From: an uncultured Holophagales bacterium
GTDB lineage: Bacteria > Acidobacteriota > Thermoanaerobaculia > Multivoradales > UBA5704
Length of the DNA stretch: 64,000 bases
Reading direction: 5' to 3'
Assembly (NCBI GenBank): GCA_963842525.1
Contig: CAWJGT010000019.1
Location: forward strand, 192,001 to 256,000
The position numbers and the translations under genes are program-made. The notes below the pieces were generated by a model that was not told where the DNA came from, searched no databases, and was given only the letters and a program-made list of their open reading frames with translations. Every line of letters begins with the position of its first letter. Position 1 is the stretch's first letter. Of the stretch, positions 50,514 through 62,500 are shown piece after piece.

Positions 50514-53500
50514 GAAGCCCAGACAGCTCGACGGGCTGCCGCCGGAGAAGCTGCAGCGCTTGATCGAGAAGCTCCAGGCCCGGAGGCAGGGGGGGACCAG
50601 CCAAATCCCGCGCCTGCCGCGGGCCGCCGGGAGCAGTGTGCCGCTCTCCTTCGCCCAGGAGCGTCTCTGGTTCCTCGATCGGCTGGAGCCGGGCAACCCG
50701 ACGTTCAACATGCCGGCTGCCGTGGACCTCACGGGCGAGCTGCGCGTGGGAGCGCTCGCCGCCGCGGTCGCCGAATGCATCCGCCGGCACGAGGTCCTGC
50801 ACACCCGTTTCCGGATGGGGCCCGCCGGGCCGGTCCAGGAGGTCGTCCCCGGCGCCAAGGCCGCCGTACCGCTCGTCGACCTCGCCGGGCTGCCGGAGAC
50901 GGCGCGCCTGCGCGAGGCGGACCGGCTGGCGGCGGAGCACGCCCATCGACGGTTCGACCTGGAGCGCCCGCCGCTGCTTGCGGTCCTGCTGGTGCGCCTG
51001 GCGGCGGACCGCCACCGGTTCCTCCAGGTCATGCACCACATCGTCTCCGACGGCTGGTCGCTCGCCATCCTCTTCCGCGAGATCAGCGAGCTGTACATGG
51101 CCTTCGCCGCGGGGCGGCCCTCGCCGCTGCCGGAGCTGCCGATCCAGGTCGCCGACTATGCGGTCTGGGAGCGCCGGACCTTCGCCGCGGCCCAGGACCA
51201 GCAGATCGCCTGGTGGATCGAGCGGCTGCGGGGTGAAATCGCCCCTCTCGACCTGCCCATCGATCGGCCGCGGCCGGCGGTCCAGACCTACCGCGGCGAG
51301 CGGCGCCTGCGCTTCCTCCCGGAGGAGCTGTCCGACCGGCTGCGCACCTTCGGACAGTCTGCCGGCAACGCCACCCTGTTCATGACCCTGCTCGCCGGCG
51401 TCAAGGCGCTGCTCTACCGCTGGAGCGGACAGCACGACGTCGTGGTGGGATCGCCCATCGCCGGCCGGCAGCGGGCCGAGACCGAAGGCCTGATGGGATG
51501 TTTCCTCAACACCCTGGTGCTGCGCACCGATCTCGCGGGCGGCCCTTCCTTCCGCGACTTGGTCGGGCGCATCCGCGAGACCACGCTCGGCGCCTATTCG
51601 CACCAGGACGTGCCGTTCGAGGCGCTGCTCCAGCACCTGCCGGTCGAGCGCGACCTGTCACGGACGCCGCTCTTCCAGGTGCTCTTCAACATGCTCAACT
51701 TCCCGCTGGCGGAGAACCGCCTGCCGGGGTTGACCCTGTCGCCGGTCGGCACCCCCGAGACCCCCTCGAAGTTCGACATGACCTTCTACGTCAGCGACGG
51801 TCCCAAGGGGGTCCTGCTCGACCTCATCTACAACGCCGACCTCTTCGACGCGGTGCGGATGGAGGAGGCACTGGCCCAGATCGAGCTGCTCCTGGCCGAG
51901 GCGCTGGAGCGGCCGGACGAGCCGGTCGAGCGGCTGTCCCTGGTCACCCCCGGCGCACGGGCCGCGCTGCCCGACCCTGAGGAGCCGCTCGACGGCGACT
52001 GGGTGGGGGCCATCCACGAGATCTTCGCCGCACGGGCGCGGAGCGCGCCGGAGCGCACCGCCATCGCCGACCGCCACGGCGCCTGGACCTACGGCGATCT
52101 CCTCGCGGCCAGCCGCGGCATCTCCACCTGGCTCGGCGCGCGCGGGATCGGCCCAGGAGAAGTCGCTGCGGTGTGGGCGCACCGGAGCGCTCCGCTGGCT
52201 CCGGCCGTGCTGGGCATCCTGCGCTCCGGCGCGGCGTTCGCCATGCTCGATCCCGCCTATCCGCCGGCCCGCGTGGTGGACATGCTGGAATTGGCCCGGC
52301 CGGGCGCCCTGGTGCGCCTCTCAGCCGCGGGTCCGCTGCCGGAGGCGGTCGCGGCCTGGGTCGAGGAGGCCGGCTGCGCGGTGCTTGAGCTCGCCGTGGG
52401 CGGCCCTGACGCCACCCTGGAGCTATTCGCCGGCCTGCCGGTCGCGGACGGCCCCAAGGTCGAGGTCGGTCCGCACGACGCGGCCGTGCTCGGCTTCACC
52501 TCCGGCTCCACGGGCAGGCCCAAAGGAATCGTCGGCCGGCACGGGCCGCTGACCCACTTCCTCCCTTGGCAGTGCGAGCGCTTCGGGCTCACCGTGGAGG
52601 ACCGCTTCAGCCTGCTGTCGGGACTGGCCCACGACCCGCTCCAACGCGATCTCTTCACCGCTCTTTTCCTGGGCGCCGCGATCGTCGTCCCGGACCCAGA
52701 AGACATCGGCGTGGCCGGACGGCTGGCGGCCTGGATGGCGCGCGAGCGGGTAACCGTGGCGCACCTGACGCCGGCCATGGCGCAGCTCCTCACCGAGCGG
52801 CCGGCGGGTGGCGCGGAGGTGACCGTCCCCACCCTGCGGCGGGTTCTGCTGGTGGGGGACGTCCTCACCCGGCTCGACGTGGCGCGCATCCGCCGTCTCG
52901 CTCCGCACGTCACCTGCGTCAACCTCTACGGCTCGACCGAGACCCAGCGCGCGGTCGCCTTCCACGAGGTCGAGGAAGCGGGCGCGGGAGAGGGACGGGA
53001 CAAGCAGGTGCTGCCGCTCGGGCGCGGCATGCGCGACATCCAGCTCCTGGTAGTCAACGCCGCGGGGCTCCTCGCCGGCGTCGGCGAGGTCGGCGAGATC
53101 GCCGTGCGCAGCCCGCACCTCGCTCGCGGCTACCTGGGCGACGAGGCTCTGACCGCCGACCGCTTCCGCACCAACCCGTTCACCGGCGCACCGGAGGACC
53201 GCGTCTACCGCACCGGCGACCTCGGTCGCTATCTGCCCAATGGGGAAGTGACATTCGCCGGCCGGGCCGACCTCCAGGTGAAAATCCGCGGCTTCCGCAT
53301 CGAGCCGGGCGAGATCGAGGCGGTGCTCGGCGCGCTGCCGGGGGTGCGCGAGGCGGTCGTCGTGGTCCGCGAGGACCGGGGCGAGAAGCGCTTGGTGGCT
53401 TATGTGGTGCCCGAGCGCGAGGGGGCGGTCGCGGTGGCCACCGTCCGCGAGGCACTGCGCGACCGCCTCCCCGCCTACATGGTGCCGGCTGCGTTCGCCC

Positions 53501-56500
53501 TGCTCGACAGGCTGCCGGTGACCCCCAACGGTAAGATCGATCGCAAGGCCCTGCCCGCGCCCATGGCCGAGACTGCACCGGAGTCGGCCGAGGTCCTGCC
53601 GCAGAGCGAGCTCGAAGAGAGCATCGCCGCGGTCTGGCGCGAGGTCCTGGGCGTCGAGAAGGTCGGTGTGAGCGACAACTTCTTCGACCTGGGCGGGCAT
53701 TCGCTGCTCCTGGTGCGCCTCCACGCGCGGCTCCAGGAGGTCCTGGGGCGCGAGGTCGCCCTGATGGATCTCTTTGCCCACCCCAACGTCCGCGCCCAGG
53801 CCGCGCGTTTCGGCCGCCCTGTGGAGGCACCTCCGCGGCCGGAGGCGCTCGTGCGCCGCCGGATGTCCGCTGCGGGCGCGAGCGGGAAGGTGGCCGTTGT
53901 GGGCATGGCCGGCCGGTTCCCCGGGGCCAAGGACCTAGACCGCTTCTGGCGTAACCTCTGCGACGGCGTCGAGGCGATCTCCTTCTTCTCTGATGAAGAG
54001 CTGATGGCCGGCGGCGCCGATCCGTCGCTGCTCGGCAACCCCAAGTACGTCAAGGCGCGGGGCGTGCTGGCGGACGAGGACCTCTTCGACGCCTCCTTCT
54101 TCGACATCCCGCCGCGGCAGGCCGAGGTGATGGACCCGCAGCTCCGGGTCTTCCTCGAATGCTCCTGGGAAGCCCTGGAGAGCGCCGGCTACGACCCGTC
54201 GCGCTACCCTGGCGCCATCGGCGTCTTCGGCGGCGTCACGATCTCCACCTACCTGCTGAGCAATCTCCTTTCGAACCCGGAGCTGCTCGCGGAGGTGGGC
54301 GTCTACCAGGCGTCGATCGGCACCGACCGCGACTTCCTGACCACCCAGGTCTCCTACAAGCTGGGCCTGCGTGGCCCGAGCCTGGACGTGCAGACCGCCT
54401 GCTCGACCTCGCTCGTGGCGGCCCACCTCGCTTGGCGGCTGCTGCTCGCCGGCGAGTGCGACATGGCGCTGGCGGGCGGCGTCTCGGTCAAGGTGCCTCA
54501 AGTCTCCGGTTACTTCTATCAGGAGGGGGGGCTCGACTCCTCGGACGGCCACTGCCGGACCTTCGACGCCAGGGCCGACGGCTCGGTCTACGGCGGCGGC
54601 GTCGGCCTGGTGGTGCTCAAGCGCCTGGAGGACGCGCTCGCCGACGGCGACACGATCCATGCGGTGATCCTGGGCTCGGCCATCAACAACGACGGCGCGG
54701 CCAAGGTGGGCTATACGGCGCCGAGCATCGAGGCGCAGGCCGAGGTCATCGCCACGGCCCAGGCGGTCGCCGGGGTGGCGCCGGAGTCGATCGGCTATAT
54801 CGAGTGCCACGGTACGGGCACGGCGCTGGGTGATCCAATCGAGGTGGCGGCCCTGACCCGGGCCTTTGGGCCGATCGAGCGCAAGGGCTTCTGCCCGATC
54901 GGCTCGGTGAAGACCAACATCGGCCACCTGGGAGCGGCGGCGGGCGTTGCCGGCCTGATCAAGGCGGTGCTCGCCGTGGAGCACGGGAAGATCCCGCCAA
55001 ACCTCCACTTCACGACGCCGAACCCCAAAATCGATTTTGCGGCCAGCCCGTTCCATGTCAACGTGCGCCTCGCCGATTGGCCGCCCGCGGGGAACAACGG
55101 GGACAATGGCCTGCGGCGGGCCGGCGTCAGCTCCTTCGGCCTCGGCGGCACCAACGCGCACATGGTCCTGGAAGAGCCGCCCGCAGCCGAGCCGTCCGGG
55201 CCGTCGCGCCCCTGGCAGCTCCTCCTCCTCTCGGCCCGTTCCGAGGCGGCGCTCGAAGCGGCGACCGACAACCTCGCCGGCTGGCTGGCGGAGCATCCGG
55301 AGGCGCCGCTCGCCGACGTGGCCTGGACCCTCCAGGCCGGCCGGCGGGCCTTCGCGGTCCGGCGCGCCGTGGTCTGCCGCGATCCTGAGGAGGCTCGGCA
55401 GGCCCTTGCGGAGCGCGATCCGCGGCGGCTCTTGACCGTAGTCCAGGAGCCCGGGAGCCGGCCGGTGGCCTTCCTGCTCGGGGGCGTCGGCGATCACTAC
55501 CCGGGCCTGGCGAAGAGCCTCTACGAAGGCGAGCCGGTTTTCCGGGCGGAGCTCGACCGTTGCGCCGAAGGGCTGCGGCCCGACCTCGGTGGCGACCTGC
55601 GCGAGGTGCTCTTCGAAGGTGAGCGCCGGGGCGACGAAGGTGGCCTCGACCTGCGAAAGATGATGGGCCGCGGCGGCGCGCCGGCTGGACGGCTCCAGCG
55701 TACCTTCTGGGCGCAGCCGGCGGTCTTCACGGTCGAATACGCTCTGGCTCGCCTCTGGATGTCCTGGGGCGTGGTGCCCGAGGCGCTCCTCGGCTACAGC
55801 CTGGGCGAGTACGTGGCGGCCTGCTTGGCGGGGGTCTTCTCCCTGGAGGACGCGCTGCGCCTGGTGGCCGAGCGGGCGCGCCTCCTGGAGGAGCTGCCGG
55901 CTGGGGCCATGCTCGCCGTGCCCTTGCCCGAGGAGGAGATGCGGGTGCGGCTCTCCGGCCAGTTGGACCTTGCTGCCGTCAACGGGCCGCAGCTCACCGT
56001 GGTATCGGGCCTGCCGGAAGAGATCGCGGCTCTGGCCGAGCGCCTGGCCGCGGAGGGGATCCCCTCGCGGCCGGTGCCTACGACTCACGCCTTCCACTCG
56101 CGGCAGATGCGCCCCGCGGCCGACGCGCTCACCGCCCTGGCGCGGCAGATGCGCCTGGCGCCGCCGCGCATCCCGCTCCTGTCGAACGTCACCGGCACCT
56201 GGATGCGGCCGGACGAGGCCATCGATCCCGCCCGCTGGGCGCGCCACCTCTGCGGCACCGTGCGCTTCGCGGACGGCGTCGCGGCCCTCTGGCAGAGCCC
56301 ATCGCGGGTCCTCCTCGAGATCGGACCGGGCAACGGCCTGTCGGCGCTGGCGCTCCAGCACCCGGCGGTGTCTTCCGGCGTAGGAGACCGGGTCGCGGTG
56401 CCGTCGCTCCCCCATGCCCACGACCGCCAGCCGGACCAGGCCTTCCTGCTCGGCGCCCTGGCGCGGCTCTGGCTGGCTGGCGTCGAGGTCGACTGGAGCG

Positions 56501-59500
56501 GCTTCGCGGCCGGCGAGCGCCGGCGGCGCCTGACGCTCCCCACCTATCCTTTCGAGCGCCGCCGGTACTGGGTGGAGGCGCGGCGCGTGGGCGCTCCAGC
56601 CGTACAGAGTGCCGTCGCCGAGCCGGCCGCGCCTGTCGCTCCCACACTGCACGCCCGGCCGGCTCTGCGGCGCGCCCACGTGGCGCCGCGCAATGAGATT
56701 GAGGCGCGGATCGCCGGCTTCATCGAGCGCCTCCTGGGGATCTCAGGTATCGGCGTCCATGACAGTTTCTTCGAGCTGGGCGGCCATTCGTTGCTCGGCA
56801 CCCGGTTGCTCTCCCGCTTGCGCGACGAGCTGGGCGTCGAGCTGCCCATCGAGGACCTCTTCGCGGCGCCCACCGCGGCCGAGCTGGCGGAGAAGGTGGC
56901 GGCACGCTCCTCGGCAGTGCCCACCGTAGCTGCGCCAGGCGCCGTCATCCCGGTATCGCGGAAAGGCGAGCTGCCGCTCTCCTGGGCCCAGGAGCGGATC
57001 TGGTTCCTCGACCTGCTCCAGCCTGGCAGCCCGGCGCACAACATCCCGGCGGCGATCCGCCTAAGCGGTCCGCTCGACCCAGGGGCTCTCGCGGAGGCTC
57101 TGAGGAGGGTGGTGAACCGGCACGAGACGCTGCGCACCACCTTCCCCGAGGTGGACGGCCGGCCCGTCCTGCGCATCGCGCTGCCGAGCGCTTGGCCGTT
57201 GCCCATGATGGATCTGACGGCACTGCCGGCGGACCTCCGCGACGGCGAGGCTCGCCGGCTCGCCCTGGAGGAGCCGCGGCGGCCTTTCGATCTGGCGGCG
57301 GGGCCGCTCCTGCGCACGGTTCTGCTCCGGCTGGACAGCCGGGATCATCTCCTCCTGGCTAACCTGCACCACATCGTCGCCGACGGCTGGTCGCTTGGCG
57401 TCTTCACCGGAGAGATGAGCGCGCTCTATCGCGCCCTGGCTGCGGGAGATGGCTCGCCGCTGCCGGAGCTGCCGGTCCAGTACGTCGACTGGGCCGCCTG
57501 GCAGCGCCGCTGGCTCGACGGTTCCGCGCTCGCCGCGCACCTCGCCTGGTGGAGCGAGCGGCTACGCGCTTTGCCCGTGCTGGAGCTGCCGTCCGACCGG
57601 CCGCGTCCGCCGGTCGAGACTTTCCATGGCGGGCGCAGGTTCTTTGCCTTCCCGGCGGGGCTTCAGACCGCGCTGCGCGATCTATGCCGGGAGCGGGGGG
57701 CGACGCTGTACATGACCCTTCTCGCCGCCTTCGCAACCCTGCTTGGCCGCTGGTCCGGGCAGGAGGACGTCGCGGTGGGCACTCCGATCGCGGGTCGCAC
57801 TCGGGCGGAGGTCGAGGGCTTGATCGGCGTGTTCATCAACACGCTGGTGATGCGTGCCGACCTGTCGGGCGATCCGGCCTTCGAAGAGCTGCTGGCGCGG
57901 GCGCGCGAGACGGCCCTCGGCGCCTACGCGCACCAGGAGATGCCGTTCGAAAGGCTGGTCGAGGAGCTGCGGCCCGAGCGCAGCCTCGGCCATTCGCCGC
58001 TCTTCCAGGTTCTTTTCATTTTGCAGAACACCCCGGCCGACGGGACCGAGGTGGCGGACCTCTCGATCCAGCCGATGGTGGAGGTCTACCACGGCGTCTC
58101 GCGGTTCAACCTGACGCTCTCCTGCACGGAGACGCCGGGCGGGCTGGCGGGCTACCTCGAGTACAAGACGGACCTCGTAGACGCCGCGACGGCGGAGCGC
58201 TGGGTGGGGCACCTCGAGACCCTGCTCGCGGGCGTGGCCGCGGACCCGCGCCGCCGCCTGTCCGAGCTGCCGGTCCTGCCGGAGGCCGAGCGCCGCCAGG
58301 TCCTCCACGCCTGGAACGACACCGCTTTGGAGGTTTCGGAGGCGCCCGTCCACCAGCTCTTCGAAGCCCAGGCGGCGCGCACGCCCACCGCGGTGGCGGC
58401 GGTGTTCGAGGGCGAGAGCCTGACCTACGAGGAGCTGAGCGCCCGGGCCGACCGTCTGGCGCACCGCCTGCGCGTCCTGGGGGTTGGCCCCGAGGTGCTG
58501 GTGGGAGTCGCCCTGGAGCGCTCGCTCGACCTGCCGGTGGCCGTGCTCGGCGTGCTCAAGGCGGGCGGCGCCTACCTGCCGCTCGACCCGGGCTATCCAG
58601 CGGAGCGCCTGGCCTTCATGCTGCGCGACAGCCGCGTCCCGGTGGTCCTCACCCAGAGCCGCCTCGCCGCCGCCCTGCCGGACCACCAGGCCGCCGTCGT
58701 CTTCGTGGATGTCCTTGGTGACCCTGCTGTCCCTGCCGTCCTTGAGCACCCCACTGCCCCCGAGAGCCTCGCTTATGTGATCTACACCTCGGGCTCGACC
58801 GGCCGGCCCAAGGGAGTGCAGGTTTCGCATCGGGCATTGACCAACTTCCTGGTCTCGATGGCCCGCGAGCCCGGCCTGGCGCCGGACGACGTGCTGCTCG
58901 CAGTGACCTCTCTGTCGTTCGACATCGCGGCGCTCGAGCTCTACCTGCCCCTGCTCGTCGGAGCTCGGATCGAGATTGCCTCCGGCCCGGTGGCGGGCGA
59001 CGGCGTGCGCCTCCTCGGGCTGCTGCGGAGCTCCGGGGTCACTGCCGCCCAGGCGACCCCCTCGACCTGGCGGATGCTGCTCGATGCCGGATGGGAGGAC
59101 ACACCCCGGCTACGGCTGGCGCTGGCCGGGGGCGAGGCGCTCACCGGCGACCTGGCCGCGCAGCTCGGCCGCCGCGCGGACGCGCTGTGGAACGTCTACG
59201 GCCCCACCGAAACTGCCGTCTGGTCGACGGTGCTGCGGGTCGAAGGCGCAACCAGCCCTTCGGTCCCGATCGGCCGGCCGATCGCCAACACCCATATCCG
59301 CGTCCTCGACGGCTGGGACGCGCCGGCGCCGGTTGGTGTGCCGGGCGAGCTCGCGATCGGCGGCACGGGCGTGGCGCGCGGCTATCTCGACCGGCCGGAG
59401 CTGACCGCCGAGCGGTTCGTCCCCGATCCGTTCGGCGATCGCCGCGCCGCGCCCGGAGCCCGCCTCTACCGCACCGGCGACCTGGCGCGCTGGCGGCCGG

Positions 59501-62500
59501 ACGGCGTCCTCGAGTTCCTCGGCCGGATCGACCACCAGGTCAAGATCCGCGGCTACCGCATCGAGCTGGGGGAGATCGAGGCCGCTCTCTCTCTGCACCC
59601 GTCGGTGGCGCAGGCCGCGGTGGTGGCGCGCGACGACTGGGGCGATCGGCGGCTGGTGGCCTACGTGGCTCCCTTCGGCGCGCGCGAGCCGGTTGCCGCG
59701 GAGCTGCGCGAATTCCTGCGCGCGCGCCTGCCCGAATACATGGAGCCGGCGGCCTTCGTCGTGCTGCCCGCCCTGCCGCTCACCCCCAACCGGAAGGTGG
59801 ACCGGAAGGCGCTGCCCGCGCCCGAGGCCGCGGCGGCGGCGGCGGGCGCGTTCGTCGGGCCCAGGAGCCCTCTCGAGGAGGTTCTGGTCGAGGTCTGGGC
59901 CGAGGTGCTCCGTCTCGAGCGGGTGGGGATCGACGACGACTTCTTCGCTCTGGGCGGCCACTCCCTGCTCGCCACGCAGGTGGCCTCCCGCATCCAGCGG
60001 GCGCTCGGAGTGGCGCCGCCGGTGCGCTGGCTGTTCGAGCGGCCGACGATCCGCGGGCTGGCCGAGAGGGTGGCCGCGGCGCGCCACGAGGCCGGGCCCC
60101 AGGCGCCGCCCATCCTGCCGGTGCCGCGAGAGGGCGGCCTGCCTCTTTCCTTCGCCCAGCAGCGGCTCTGGTTCCTGGACCGGATGGAGCCCGGGAGCCC
60201 GGCCTACAACCTCAACAGCGCCATCCGCATCCAGGGCCGTCTGGATGCCGCGGCCCTCGTGCGAGCCTTCCAGGAGCTGGTGCGGCGGCACGAGACGCTG
60301 CGCGCGTCCTTCGTCCTGCGCGGCCGCGGCCCGGTCCAGGCGCTCGCGCCGGCGCTCGCCCTGCCGATCTCCGTGGTGGACCTCGGTGCGCTTCCGGAAG
60401 AGGCGCGCGAGGCCGAGGTCCGGGCGCTCGCCGCGGCCGAGAGCCTGCGTTCCTTCGACCTGGGCGTGGCTCCGCTCCTGCGCGTCACGCTGCTGCGCCT
60501 CGGCGGCGCGGACCACGCGGTGTTGCTCACGATGCACCACATCGTCTCCGACGCCTGGTCCATGGGGGTCCTGGTCACCGATCTGGCGCGGATCTACGGC
60601 GCCTTCGCCCACGGCGCCGGCTCGCCCCTGCCTGAGCTGCCGGTCCAGTACGCCGACTTCGCCGTCTGGCAGCGGGAGCATTTGCAGGGCGAGGCCCTGG
60701 AGAGCCAGCTCCGCTACTGGTCTGGCACCCTCGCCGGGGCCCCGGTGCTCGAGCTGCCCACCGACCGGCCACGGCCGGCCCTCCAGAGCTACCGGGGAGC
60801 TGACTTCGCGGCCGGCTTCTCCCCCTCCCTGAGCCGGGAGCTGGCCGACCTCAGCCGGCGCCACGGGGCGACGCCGTTCATGACGCTGCTGGCGGGCTTC
60901 GATCTCCTGCTCTCGCGGTACGCGGGGCAGGAGGACGTCCTCGTGGGCTCGACCATCGCCAACCGCACGCGGCCGGAGCTGGAGGGCCTGATCGGGCTTT
61001 TCGTCAATACCCTGGCCCTGCGGCTCGATCTTGCGGGCGATCCCACGTTCCTCGACGTGCTCTCCCGGGTGCGGGAGCTGACGCTGGGGGCCTATGCCCA
61101 CCAGGACCTGCCGTTCGAGAAGCTGGTGGCCGAGGTCCAGCCGGAACGCGACCTCAGCCGCTCCCCCCTCTTCCAGGTCCTCTTCCAGCTCCAGAATGCC
61201 CCGGCGGGGAGCATCGAGCTGCCGGAGCTCACTCTGACGCCGGTGGCGTCGCCCGGGCAGACCGCCAAGTTCGACCTGGTGGTCAACGTGGTTGCGGCGC
61301 CGCAGGGGCTGTGGTGGCAGTGGAAGCACAACAGCGACCTGTTCGATCGCGCCACCATCGTCCGCATGTCGCGCCACCTCGAGGCGCTGCTGGAGGCGGT
61401 GGCGGCCGGGCCGGGGCGGCTGGTCTCGGAGATCCCGCTGCTCTCCGAGGGCGAGGCGCATCAGCTCCTGGCGGAGTGGGGCGCGGCGCGGCCGGCTTCC
61501 CCGGTCTTCTGCCTGCACGAGCGGTTCGCGGCGCGCGTGGCCGAGGACCCGCAGGGACCGGCGGTGACCTTCGAGGGCGAGACGCTGAGCTACAGCGAGC
61601 TCGACCGCCGGGCCAACCGGCTGGCGCACAGGCTGCGTGCCTGGGGGATCGGCCCCGGCGCTCTGGTGGGTCTGTGCCTGGAGCGTTCGGCCGAGCTGAC
61701 CATGGCCGTTCTGGGCGTGCTCAAGGCCGGGGCGGCCTACGTGCCCATCGATCCGGACTACCCGGGTGAGCGCATCGCCTTCCTGCTCGAGGACAGCCGG
61801 GTGCCGGTGCTGCTGACCCAGAGCTCCCTGGTGGCGAGCCTGCCGGAGGCCTCCTGCCGGAAGGTCTGCCTGGATGGGGAGGACCTCGGAGAGCCGGGGG
61901 CCGGGAGCAAGGAGGGACCGGTCTCGCTCTCCTCGCCCGGGGACCCGGCCTACGTCATCTACACCTCGGGCTCTACCGGCCGGCCCAAGGGCGTGGTGGT
62001 GACCCACGCCAACGTGGCGCGCCTGTTCACGGCCACCGATCCCTGGTTCGGCTTCGGACGGCAGGACGTCTGGACCCTGTTCCACTCCTATGCCTTCGAC
62101 TTCTCGGTCTGGGAGATCTGGGGCGCGCTGCTTCATGGCGGCCGTCTCGTGGTGGTGCCGTATTGGGTCAGCCGCTCGCCGGAGGCCTTCTACGACCTGC
62201 TGCGGCGTGAGCGGGTGACGGTGCTCAACCAGACCCCCTCGGCCTTCCGCCAGCTCCTGTGGGCCGAGGAGGCGGCGCTGCAGGGCCAGGAGCCCGATCT
62301 GGCCCTGCGCTATGTGATCTTCGGCGGTGAGGCGCTGGAGCTTGCCGGCCTGGCCCCCTGGTTCGCCCGCCACGGCGACCGGCGGCCCGAGCTGGTCAAC
62401 ATGTACGGCATCACGGAGACGACCGTCCACGTCACCTGCCGGCCGTTGCGCCGCCAGGATGTCGAAGCGGCCCGCGGCAGCGTGATCGGCCGGGCGATCT

